Assembly (NCBI GenBank): GCA_963666835.2
Contig: CAXXGO010000006.1
Location: 1,984,001-2,048,000, forward strand
DNA: 64,000 nt
Direction of reading: 5' to 3'
From: Phycisphaerae bacterium
GTDB lineage: Bacteria > Planctomycetota > Phycisphaerae > UBA1845
The translations under genes were made by a program, and so were the position numbers. Positions 48,506 through 57,464 of this stretch are shown here, in pieces. The notes under the pieces were generated by a model. That model ran no database searches. It was not told the origin of the DNA and saw nothing but the letters and a program-made list of their open reading frames with translations. Every line of letters starts with the position of its first letter. The first letter of the stretch is position 1.

Positions 48506-50313
48506 GGGGGGCAGCTCGTTGTGTGGGCGTGGTGGTATTCCAGGAACGTAGCGGCGCCTTCTTTGCCGAGGTGACGATCGAGGATTCTACGATCGGTGTC
48601 GATCAGGTCCACCAGCATTAGCCCGGCCCACATGTCGCTGAACGACGGCAGCACGTTACAGCTCAGGAACTTGGCGTTGAGCCGGAGATACTGCCGCAGC
48701 AACACCGGAACGCCCTTGCGATCCTCTTCGATCCCCGACACCAGCGACGAGATCTCATCGATGTTGGAGATCAGGTGGCTGCACTTGTCGATGTCGTGGC
48801 GCGGCTGGAGCCGGGGAGGTCGCCGGGAACGGGTCAGCCGGGCCAGGCTCGGTAGGTGGGCGTGCAGTTTGAGGAACGCGATCATCATCTGCTTGGACAC
48901 CGACTGGTACTCGTTGCTGATGCTTACCAACCCGAAGAGTCTGCGATACTGAGGGTTTTGAACCACGAACGCCCCCACCCCACGCCATAGCAACGCCAAC
49001 GGCGAGTGCTGCCGTTGATACTCCGGGCGAACGAACGACCGGCCAAGCTCGAGGGCCGGGTTAAGATGGTCCAGGAACTCGCGGTCGAACTCGTAGTATT
49101 CGTGGGTGAACAGCCCGTCGGGCCCGTGCTCCTCCAAAATCTTGTCGGTCTGCCCGAGGCGATAGGCCCCGACCAGTTCGCGGGTGTCCTTGTTCCACAC
49201 CAGAAGATGAAGGTAGTGATAGTCGTACGGGTCCACGTCTTTGGGAGTACCCGTACCTTCGCCGGCCGTGCGGAAAGCGACCTCGCGCAGACGCCCAAGC
49301 TCGTTCATCAGGTTCGGCATCTGCGAAGCGTTGGCCCACCACACCTGATACTCCCCGCTCGACATGAGTAGCTGCCGATCAGGGAGAGTGTTAAGGTCGG
49401 CTTCGAGCCGGTCGGGCGGGACCGGATCGATGATGGGCTGATGGTCCTTCTCCCGCTGACGGATGGAGGCCAGCCGGTTTGACGACCGCCGGGATCCATC
49501 TCCGCCGAGGATGTATGTACGCATGCGGACGTAGCTGAGCATGTCCTTTGGGGTGGCAAACGTCTCCAACTTAGTGAACGGGATGACCTCGCCGACGCGG
49601 ACCCCGATCGTGCGGTTCTTGAGCTTCAGAAACGCGCGGGGCAGCATGATCGTGCGGAGCCTGGGGTGGACCAGCCCGGCCAACTGAAACGCAAGCCCGT
49701 TGCGACCCTCAAAGAACACGGGCAGTACGGGTGTCTTGGCCAACTGGATCAAGCGTCCGACCGCCTCACGCCAGGGTGGGTCGGTGATGGCGCGTTGCCT
49801 CAACCGAAGGTGCGATACCACCCCCGAGGGGAAGATGCCTAACACGCCTCCGCTTTTGAGCCAGCGGATCCCCTCGCGGAGCGGGGCAACGTTGTACTTC
49901 GTGGACGCGGCGCGCCCGAACGGATCGACGGAGATAATGTGCTCGCGCATCTCCGGGATGCGCTGCAGCAGGAAGTTCGCCAGAACCTTGGTGTCCGGGC
50001 GGACCTTCCGCAGTAAGTTGATAAGCAGCAACCCCTCCAGTGCTCCGAGTGGGTGATTCGCCACGACGACCAGCGGCCCCTCGCGCGGAATCTGCTCCAT
50101 CTGCTCATCGGGTACTTGGTAATGCACGCCCATCGCGTCGAGCGCCGCGTCAATGAAGTCCCCGGGCCGAGCGGTTGCCTCTCGGTGAAGGCTGTTTAGC
50201 CCGCGCAGTCCGAGAATACGCTCCACGAGAGGCAGCAGCGGGTGGATCAGACGCCGACCAAGCGTGCGCCGGTCGGGCAGGGACAGCTCAAATGGGGCAG
50301 GTTGTGTTGGCAG
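48502..50313 (-). CDS. Bifunctional PlsC-like acyltransferase + GNAT (OlsF-like ornithine/aminolipid synthase)
   Basis: VVANHPLG..EG, FPSG.VS, ELGRLRE..FR..GEG, VGAYRLG, LELGRSFV..YQR, VPVLLRQYL; start either GTG 50226 or CTG 50313. Confidence 0.85.
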   Translation of the reverse strand: MPTQPAPFELSLPDRRTLGRRLIHPLLPLVERILGLRGLNSLHREATARPGDFIDAALDAMGVHYQVPDEQMEQIPREGPLVVVANHPLGALEGLLLINLLRKVRPDTKVLANFLLQRIPEMREHIISVDPFGRAASTKYNVAPLREGIRWLKSGGVLGIFPSGVVSHLRLRQRAITDPPWREAVGRLIQLAKTPVLPVFFEGRNGLAFQLAGLVHPRLRTIMLPRAFLKLKNRTIGVRVGEVIPFTKLETFATPKDMLSYVRMRTYILGGDGSRRSSNRLASIRQREKDHQPIIDPVPPDRLEADLNTLPDRQLLMSSGEYQVWWANASQMPNLMNELGRLREVAFRTAGEGTGTPKDVDPYDYHYLHLLVWNKDTRELVGAYRLGQTDKILEEHGPDGLFTHEYYEFDREFLDHLNPALELGRSFVRPEYQRQHSPLALLWRGVGAFVVQNPQYRRLFGLVSISNEYQSVSKQMMIAFLKLHAHLPSLARLTRSRRPPRLQPRHDIDKCSHLISNIDEISSLVSGIEEDRKGVPVLLRQYLRLNAKFLSCNVLPSFSDMWAGLMLVDLIDTDRRILDRHLGKEGAATFLEYHHAHTTSCPP

Positions 50314-50791
50314 AAGCCGGTCTCCGCTTACTCTTCCGGGCGGCGAGTCTATCAGGAAGTATCTTACCGAATTTGCGGGATTAGAGAAGTCGATTCCCTA
50401 GTCGGAGTCCGAGGCCTCCCTTGCCGTTACTGAGTCGCCGGTCTTGCCGGGCCGGGCCGAGGTCCCATATTAGCCGGCTCACCGGGCCTTGCTTCCCCAA
50501 GGACTCCGCTAGCGTCACCCTTGCGGCATCTGTGAAATGTTCAGAAATTACAGGGCGAGCCCGGCCGGGGTAAAACGGGGCCGCGGTGTTTTGACCCGCC
50601 GACAACGGCAGGGGTTCTGCTCCGGGTTGCGTTGCTCGCGGGCGGTCGATGCCGGCGGGTCGGGTCGGGTACGTGCGTGGATAGGCTCCGGCGGTGAGGC
50701 TGGTATACTCTGGGCGGTTCATGGCGCGCGTTGAGGCTGGGGCTTTCCAGGCTCGGCGGTGCATTACCCCGGATGAAAGTGGTGGTCGAAG

Positions 50792-53700
50792 GTGTCTCTG
50801 TCCCGCGGATTGATAGCGGCTTGTGCTAAGAACCCCGTGTTCGCCAATATGGCGGCGTTCGGGATTCTCGTGTGCGGTGCGATGGCCACGATCAACCTTT
50901 CCCGGGAGACGTTCCCGGAGACCTCCGTCGATTACGTGCTGGTGACGGTTGCGTATCCGGGGGCGAACCCGGAGGACGTCGAAGAGGCTGCCCTGGTCAA
51001 GATTGAGCAAGTCGTCGAGGGGATCCCCGGGCTCAAAGAGATCGTATCGTTCTCCAAGCAGGACAGCGGGCAGGTGTTCATTGCGTTCGACCCGTCGGTC
51101 ACGCCAACCATGGAGGTGCTGCGGCAAGTCCAGGACCGGGTGAACTCCATCACGACCTTCCCTGACGACATGGAAAGGCCGATTGTCACCGAGCAACTGG
51201 TTCGCAATTCGGTCATCAATCTCGGAGTCCACGGTCAGGTGCCGGAGCGAATCATCAAACAAGTGGTGGAGGACTTCCGCAGGCAGCTTCTTGCGACTCC
51301 CGGCATCTCCCAGGTCAGCCTCTCCGGGGTCCGCGACTTCGAAATATCCGTTCAGCTCTCCGAGGTAACGCTTGAACGCTACGGAATCACTTTGCAGCAG
51401 GTCATCGACGCGATCAGGCAGAGCAGTCTGGACGTCCCGGCCGGGGTCGTGCGGACCAGGAGCGAGGAAATCAGCGTTCGGACTATCGGGCAGCGGTACA
51501 CGGCGCGGGACTTCGAGGATCTCGTCGTCATTGCCCGGCCTGACGGTACCCTGATCTGTCTGGGGCAGATTGCCAAAGTCCGCGACTCGTTCGACGAGAC
51601 TCCGATCTTCGGCCGGATCAACGGTGAGGCCGGAGCGATGATCTCGGTCTTCAAGACCGGTCGCGAGGACATCAGCACGATCGCAAGAACCGTCCGTGGT
51701 TTTGCGGCGAAGGCGGCGGCGCAGCTTCCTGCGGGAATCAAGCTGTCCACCTGGGGCGACGCGTCGCGTGATGTGGATTCTCGCCTGGAGATGCTGGTCA
51801 AGAACGCCCTGATGGGCATGGGCTTGGTAGTGGTATGCCTGCTCATGTTCATGGATCTGCCGTCGGTGATCGCGGTGGCAGTGGGTATTCCCGTGGCGTT
51901 TGCCGGGGCTTTCGCGGTCATCGGTTTCACCGGGCAGAGCCTTAACATGATTAGCCTGCTCGCGTTGCTGATGGCGGTGGGAATCATCGTCGACGACGCA
52001 ATCGTCATTGCCGAGAGTGTGCGGTCCCAGGTGCGGGCGGGGTGTACGCCGACCGTCGCGGCCGTGGAGGGGACCGGCGTTGTTGCCCTTCCGGTGCTGG
52101 CGTCGTCTGCTACTACGATTGTGGCCTTTGTCCCCTTAATGTGCGTCGAGGGGATAATGGGCAAACTGATCTACGATCTGCCGGTCGTGGTGATCGCCGC
52201 GGTGGTAGCGTCGGCGGTAGAGGCGTTTGTGATTCTGCCGGCCCATTTGCGGGAGTGGGGTTCTGCCGTGGGGGGGCAACGCTCGAACACTTGGCGGACG
52301 CGGGCGCGCCTGGCGATGGATGAGTGGATCGACCGAGCTATCGAGCGCGTCTATCGGCCTTGTCTTCGCTGGTCACTTAACGGCAGGGTTATCGTACTGG
52401 GAGTAGCGGTGGCGATGGTTCTGGTCAGTGTCGGATTAGTGTTCGGGGGGCGTGCTCCGTTTGTGCTGTTCCCCAAGATCGACGCGAACCGACTTCGCGT
52501 GCGAGTGCAGTTTCCGCACGGGACCCCGACCGACGTAAGTGCCGCCGCGGTGGCTCGAATCGAACGGGCGATTCTGGCGCTCAACGACGAGCCGGCTTTG
52601 AAACCGGCTGCCGAGGGCGATCTGGTGGAGAACGTCTATGCGGTTGTCGGGGAGTGGTCTCAATTCGTTCCGAAACGGGGCAGCGCTTTGTGTGAGGTGT
52701 TCGTCGAGTTAATGCCGGCGGAGAAGCGCAAAGTGGATGTTGCGCAGGTGATTGAACACTGGCGTCGCCGGATTGGCGAGATCCCGGATGCGATTGCGGT
52801 GACAATTACGAGGCAGCAACTCGGGCCGACGGATAAGCCGCTGGAGATTCGCCTTCTCGGCGAGGATCTCGACGAATTGACGGAAGCAGCGGCTGAGGTG
52901 AAGGACGTCCTCTCGTCGTATGCCGGGGTCTTCAATATCACGGAAGAGCCGACGGCCGGAAAGCGCGAGCTGCGGGTGTCGCTCAAGCCGGCCGCGGCCA
53001 ACCTGGGGCTTTCGGTTGCGGATCTGGCTTCGCAGCTTCGGCAGGGGCTCTATGGCGGGGAGGCTGTCCGTCTGCAGCGGGGCCCCGATGAAGTCAAAGT
53101 CGTGGTGAGCTACGAAGAGCAGGATCGTCGGAGTCTCAGTGCTATCGAAGATTTGCGTATCAGGACGAGCGGGGGGACTTCGATCCCGTTTAACGAAGTG
53201 GCCGAGACGCGGATGGTACGGGGTTATTCGATGATCCCGAGAATGGACGGTCTGCGACGGGCACGGGTGCAGGCGGATGTCGATGAGCGCTACGCCAACG
53301 CCGAGCGAATCATCCAGGAATTGGCCGTTTCGTTCCTGCCGGATCTGGAGAAGAAGCACGCAGGAGTCAGGGTTGTCATTGATGGGCAGCGCAAACGTAT
53401 CGATGAATCGCTTGGGAGTCTGGTACGAGCTTCGGCGGTTGCCGGGGTGGTGATGTTGGGCCTTCTGGCCACGGTCCTGCGTTCGTATGCCCAGCCGCTT
53501 ATCATTATGTCGGCGATCCCGCTGGGCATGGTGGGCGCCGTTTTGGGGCATGCAGTTATGGGGTATTCGCTTACGCTTATGAGCGTCTTCGGCATGGTGG
53601 CGCTGGCCGGGATCGTGGTGAATGACTCGCTCGTGTTGGTCGACCGCATTAACCGCAACGTGGCGCTGGGGCAGGGTGTGATGGAAGCAGTGGCCGCGGC

Positions 53701-54028
53701 CGGGGAGATGCGGTTTCGCGCCGTTGTGCTGACGTCGGTAACGACTGTCGCCGGTCTGCTACCGCTCCTTGCCGAGCGCAGTTCGCAGGCGCAGTCGCTG
53801 ATTCCCATGGCGATATCCATCGCCTTTGGCCTGATGCTGGCAACCGTGTTGACCCTGGTCGTTGTTCCGGCTCTGTACCTGGCGGTCAACGACGGCAAGC
53901 GTTTCGTGCGCTGGTTCCGGCGGGGTGGACCATATCCCACGCCGGAGTCAGTTGAAGCCGTCGAAGATGACGAGGCCTTGGCCGTTGCCTCTTCGCAGGG
54001 AAGTCTGAAAGGTAATCAGGATGACTAA
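50792..54028 (+). CDS. RND efflux permease (AcrB/AcrD/AcrF family)
   Basis: NPV.AN, YPGA.PE.VE, GIIVDDAIV..E, GIVVNDS, RFR.V.LT..TT..GLLP. Confidence 0.95.
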   Translation: MSLSRGLIAACAKNPVFANMAAFGILVCGAMATINLSRETFPETSVDYVLVTVAYPGANPEDVEEAALVKIEQVVEGIPGLKEIVSFSKQDSGQVFIAFDPSVTPTMEVLRQVQDRVNSITTFPDDMERPIVTEQLVRNSVINLGVHGQVPERIIKQVVEDFRRQLLATPGISQVSLSGVRDFEISVQLSEVTLERYGITLQQVIDAIRQSSLDVPAGVVRTRSEEISVRTIGQRYTARDFEDLVVIARPDGTLICLGQIAKVRDSFDETPIFGRINGEAGAMISVFKTGREDISTIARTVRGFAAKAAAQLPAGIKLSTWGDASRDVDSRLEMLVKNALMGMGLVVVCLLMFMDLPSVIAVAVGIPVAFAGAFAVIGFTGQSLNMISLLALLMAVGIIVDDAIVIAESVRSQVRAGCTPTVAAVEGTGVVALPVLASSATTIVAFVPLMCVEGIMGKLIYDLPVVVIAAVVASAVEAFVILPAHLREWGSAVGGQRSNTWRTRARLAMDEWIDRAIERVYRPCLRWSLNGRVIVLGVAVAMVLVSVGLVFGGRAPFVLFPKIDANRLRVRVQFPHGTPTDVSAAAVARIERAILALNDEPALKPAAEGDLVENVYAVVGEWSQFVPKRGSALCEVFVELMPAEKRKVDVAQVIEHWRRRIGEIPDAIAVTITRQQLGPTDKPLEIRLLGEDLDELTEAAAEVKDVLSSYAGVFNITEEPTAGKRELRVSLKPAAANLGLSVADLASQLRQGLYGGEAVRLQRGPDEVKVVVSYEEQDRRSLSAIEDLRIRTSGGTSIPFNEVAETRMVRGYSMIPRMDGLRRARVQADVDERYANAERIIQELAVSFLPDLEKKHAGVRVVIDGQRKRIDESLGSLVRASAVAGVVMLGLLATVLRSYAQPLIIMSAIPLGMVGAVLGHAVMGYSLTLMSVFGMVALAGIVVNDSLVLVDRINRNVALGQGVMEAVAAAGEMRFRAVVLTSVTTVAGLLPLLAERSSQAQSLIPMAISIAFGLMLATVLTLVVVPALYLAVNDGKRFVRWFRRGGPYPTPESVEAVEDDEALAVASSQGSLKGNQDD

Positions 54029-55634
54029 GCGGCACGCCGACCCGGGTCGCGTTGGGCATGAGCTTTGCATCGGGCTTGTCGGGGTGGTTGCGCTATCGGG
54101 TGTGATGGGAGGGTGCCGCGGTTCGCTTGACGGAATGGCCGTAATGCTCGAACGGCACCGGCGCGCCGTGGCGGAGCTTCCGGAGGAGGAACGCGAGAAC
54201 CTCATGCCGTATGGGGCGCCGGTGGTGATGGAGGAGGCCGAGGCCCTTCTTCCCGCTGCGGTCCTGGATATGGAGAAAGCCCGAGCGATTGCCATTCGGG
54301 CGAATCCCGACATCCATGCCGCCCAGGCGAGGCTGGAAAGTGCCCGGGCGCGGATTGCAGAAATCGCTGCCCGGTACTACCCGACGGTGATGTTCACTCA
54401 CACCTCGACGCGGACTTTTCATACGCCGGCGAGCCGGAATCGGCTGAACACGCTGCTGCAACCGCAAGCCTCGGTTCCCACGGATACCACTGATACGGAG
54501 GGGCAGTCGTTTGCGGTTACGACTCTGTTGGACGCGATCAGCCGCCCGTTCCTGGAGTACCGCGAGCTGACCGGCGACACCAATCCGTTCAGTGAACACT
54601 CGACGTCGTTAACGGCATCGTGGACGGTTTTTGATGGGTTCGTTCGAGAAGCACAATTGCTGGCGAGCAAGCATGTGAACAGAGCGTCCTGGGCCGCGCT
54701 CCGGGATGCCGAGCGATTGATCCTCCAGGCGGTGGACCGCGCCTACTATCAGGTGCAACTTGCTCAGGAGCAGATTCGCATTGCCGAGGCTGATGTAGCT
54801 TTCTCGAAAGAGCAGCTCGAAGAGACGGAGAAGTTACGGGCAGCGGGGCGGAAGACCGCGGCGGATGTCGCCAACTTCCGAGTGCGGATGCTGGCCGCAC
54901 AAACCAATGTTACTTCCGCGATCGGGGCTCGGGATACCGGACGTGTGGTTCTTGGGGAGCTGATGGGGCTACCGGACGCCGTACTCCCGCCGGACCTGGA
55001 GTTGGTTCCTCTGACGGACGAGACGGAGGAGGAGATGCGTTTGCCTGATCCCGATGACTGGGTCCGCCGGGCATTAGCCAGCCGTCCGGACCTTCTCCAA
55101 CAGGAGCATCTGCTCGGCGATAAGGACGAACAGGTCCGGGCGGTTCAAGGGCTCTTTCTGCCGACGGTGGCGATAAGCGGTTCCTGGGGCTTCGATCATA
55201 CGGGTAATCTTCGCTATGCCCCCGACGACCAGTCGTCAGCGGCGGTGCTCGAGTTCCGATGGGAGTTGTTCACCGGGGGCTCGCGGCGGGCCAAGCTGCG
55301 ACAGGCTCAGAGCGCCAGAGCGGAGGCGATGGCGAACCTGAACCATCGCCGACTTGCCGTACAAGCGGATGTTCGCCAAGCCATCATAGACCTCAAAAAC
55401 GCTCAGGAGCAGATTCGTTTGCAGCGCGAGAACGTCGTTACCGCTCAAGAGAGTCGACGAGTCGTTCAAGCGGGCTACGTCGCCGGCAAGGAGACTTTGA
55501 ACCGCCTCAACGAGACCCAACGCGACTATACCGCGGCCGAAGTGGACTTGGTCCGTGCCCGGATCCAGCTCCGAAGAGCCTGGAGCGATCTGAACGCGGC
55601 CGCCGGAACTTATCACGCGGATGCCGGCGGGTAG
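54021..55634 (+). CDS. TolC-family outer membrane efflux protein
   Basis: A...NPDI.AA, YYP, W.VFDG, RPDL, W.LF.GG duplicated OEP pattern; overlaps the RND stop. Confidence 0.92.
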   Translation: MTKRHADPGRVGHELCIGLVGVVALSGVMGGCRGSLDGMAVMLERHRRAVAELPEEERENLMPYGAPVVMEEAEALLPAAVLDMEKARAIAIRANPDIHAAQARLESARARIAEIAARYYPTVMFTHTSTRTFHTPASRNRLNTLLQPQASVPTDTTDTEGQSFAVTTLLDAISRPFLEYRELTGDTNPFSEHSTSLTASWTVFDGFVREAQLLASKHVNRASWAALRDAERLILQAVDRAYYQVQLAQEQIRIAEADVAFSKEQLEETEKLRAAGRKTAADVANFRVRMLAAQTNVTSAIGARDTGRVVLGELMGLPDAVLPPDLELVPLTDETEEEMRLPDPDDWVRRALASRPDLLQQEHLLGDKDEQVRAVQGLFLPTVAISGSWGFDHTGNLRYAPDDQSSAAVLEFRWELFTGGSRRAKLRQAQSARAEAMANLNHRRLAVQADVRQAIIDLKNAQEQIRLQRENVVTAQESRRVVQAGYVAGKETLNRLNETQRDYTAAEVDLVRARIQLRRAWSDLNAAAGTYHADAGG

Positions 55635-55817
55635 CGCAGGCTTCAAGCTTGCTGTGCCGTGGCCGGATCATTCATCCAAGCGAAGCATAGCCCGCAAACC
55701 AATGTAGCACGAGGGCTTGTCCCTGGCGTGGAAGCGTGCTGTGTTACTGTGGCGTCACCTACAACACGCTACTACAGTGAGTTACGCGCATTGTGCGAAC
55801 GCCATGAGTGGTCCGGG

Positions 55818-56315
55818 CTAGGCATCGCGATCGGGTGACCCCAGCAGGTCGGCGACAAGCTCGACGGCTTCTTGGGGATTACCGGCCACGAAGAGGCGGC
55901 CCTCGTCTCTGAATCGCTCGAACGGCGTGACCTCGCGTCCGAGGAGGATGACCGGTTTGCCGTTCTTAAGAGCCAGCGTGATTTCCGAAAGTGTGCCGAG
56001 CGAGCCTGGGCAAGCGATGACCACATCGCTGGAGAGTACGTTGAATAAGTTCCGGCCGTCGCCCGCGCCCGTGACGATCGCGTAATCGAGATCCGGTGAG
56101 GCCTGGTGGGTGTCCCGGTCCGGAAGGATGCCAATCACCGTTCCGCCGTGTTCCTTCGCACCTCGCGCGGACGCCGCCATTACTCCGTTGTTACGCCCGC
56201 CGTTGAGCAGGACCCAACCCCGCTGGGCGATCAGGCCGCCGAGCCGGCGCGCCATTTCGGATTCCGCAACCGTTACCTGGGCTCCGCCCATAACTCCGAC
56301 GATGATCCTCCGCAT
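55818..56315 (-). CDS. TIGR00725-like LOG-superfamily protein
   Basis: VGVMGG, GG..GVM.A...GA...GG..IGILP, RN..NV.SSD..G..GTLSEI..AL..GKPV. Confidence 0.9.
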   Translation of the reverse strand: MRRIIVGVMGGAQVTVAESEMARRLGGLIAQRGWVLLNGGRNNGVMAASARGAKEHGGTVIGILPDRDTHQASPDLDYAIVTGAGDGRNLFNVLSSDVVIACPGSLGTLSEITLALKNGKPVILLGREVTPFERFRDEGRLFVAGNPQEAVELVADLLGSPDRDA

Positions 56316-56849
56316 GAGTTCCTCCTCCGCGGTCTCTTACACCTCCAAGACCGGCCTGCAAACGCGACGTGCTCCAAGACGGCGTATCGAACGGTGGCCG
56401 GACTGCGGATGGTTCAAAGAAGGGTATGCTCTTCAACTGGTACGAACAAGCCGACAGAGCGATAATGACGCCGTGGTAGAAGAGGCGATTGCCGTAGGTT
56501 AATGGCCTTACTGTTAAATGGCGGGTTCAATCGTGCCACTTCTGCTTGGCGTTATTCTGGGTCCGATGGGTTCGACAGTGCTCGCAGAGTGGCGGCACTG
56601 GACCGTCCGCATGTGCCCTCTTGGACTAAGGTAGTAGTAACCCGCTTGTTCCGGCGCCTTAGCGGGTCAAGCCGACGTTCGGCTAGGTTGATTAGGAACT
56701 GCCGATCTCAGGTCTTGCGAAGCGCCAGAGGTGATATTCCGCTTGAGATTGGAAGGGCTGACCGCAGAGTGCTTCATTGGATACAAAGACGGCTCTCCTC
56801 GGTCTGGTTGTGGGTTTCGGGGGGGTAGGCCGAATTCGGGAGGTCAGCG

Positions 56850-57464
56850 GTGGGAACTGCTGAGTCGGACAACTTGCAGGATCTGGTCGCGCGAGCCCAG
56901 GATCGCGACGAGGCAGCCCTCACGGCCTTGCTGGACACGTACTCGGAGCGTCTGCTGGAGTCGGTTCGGAGCGAGTTGGGAGATCGGGTTCGGCAACGGT
57001 TGGAATCGCAGGACGTGATGCAGCAGGTTTACCTGGATGCCCTCACCAGTATTGACCGCTTCGTCGATCGCGGGAGTGACAGCTTTTTTCACTGGCTCCG
57101 GCGCATCGCCGTAAACCGTATCTGTGACGTCGATCGCAAGTCCTTCAGGACCGCCAAGCGAGGAAAGGAGGTGCGCGTGTCCGATATCGGACATGAGGCG
57201 TCGATCGTTCGTTTGTTGGACGATCTGGCCGGATCAGCGACCAGCCCGAGCATGGTTGTCGACCGCTCCGACCACATTCGCATGCTCCAATACGCTCTCG
57301 ATCAATTGAGCGAGGACCATCGCGAGGTGATTCGCCTGCGTTACATGAACCAGTTGAATGTGTCCGAGACTGCCGCGAAGATGGACCGGTCGGAACGCGC
57401 GGTACGCAGCCTGTGCGTGCGCGCCTTGATCCATCTGCGGGAGCTGCTGGTTGATGTCATCTGA
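56850..57464 (+). CDS. ECF sigma factor (planctomycete kinase-associated type)
   Basis: D..AL..L...Y, LESQDVMQ, F..WL..IA.N, TSPS, L....REVI.LR..E.A..M.RS..AV. Confidence 0.92.
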   Translation: MGTAESDNLQDLVARAQDRDEAALTALLDTYSERLLESVRSELGDRVRQRLESQDVMQQVYLDALTSIDRFVDRGSDSFFHWLRRIAVNRICDVDRKSFRTAKRGKEVRVSDIGHEASIVRLLDDLAGSATSPSMVVDRSDHIRMLQYALDQLSEDHREVIRLRYMNQLNVSETAAKMDRSERAVRSLCVRALIHLRELLVDVI

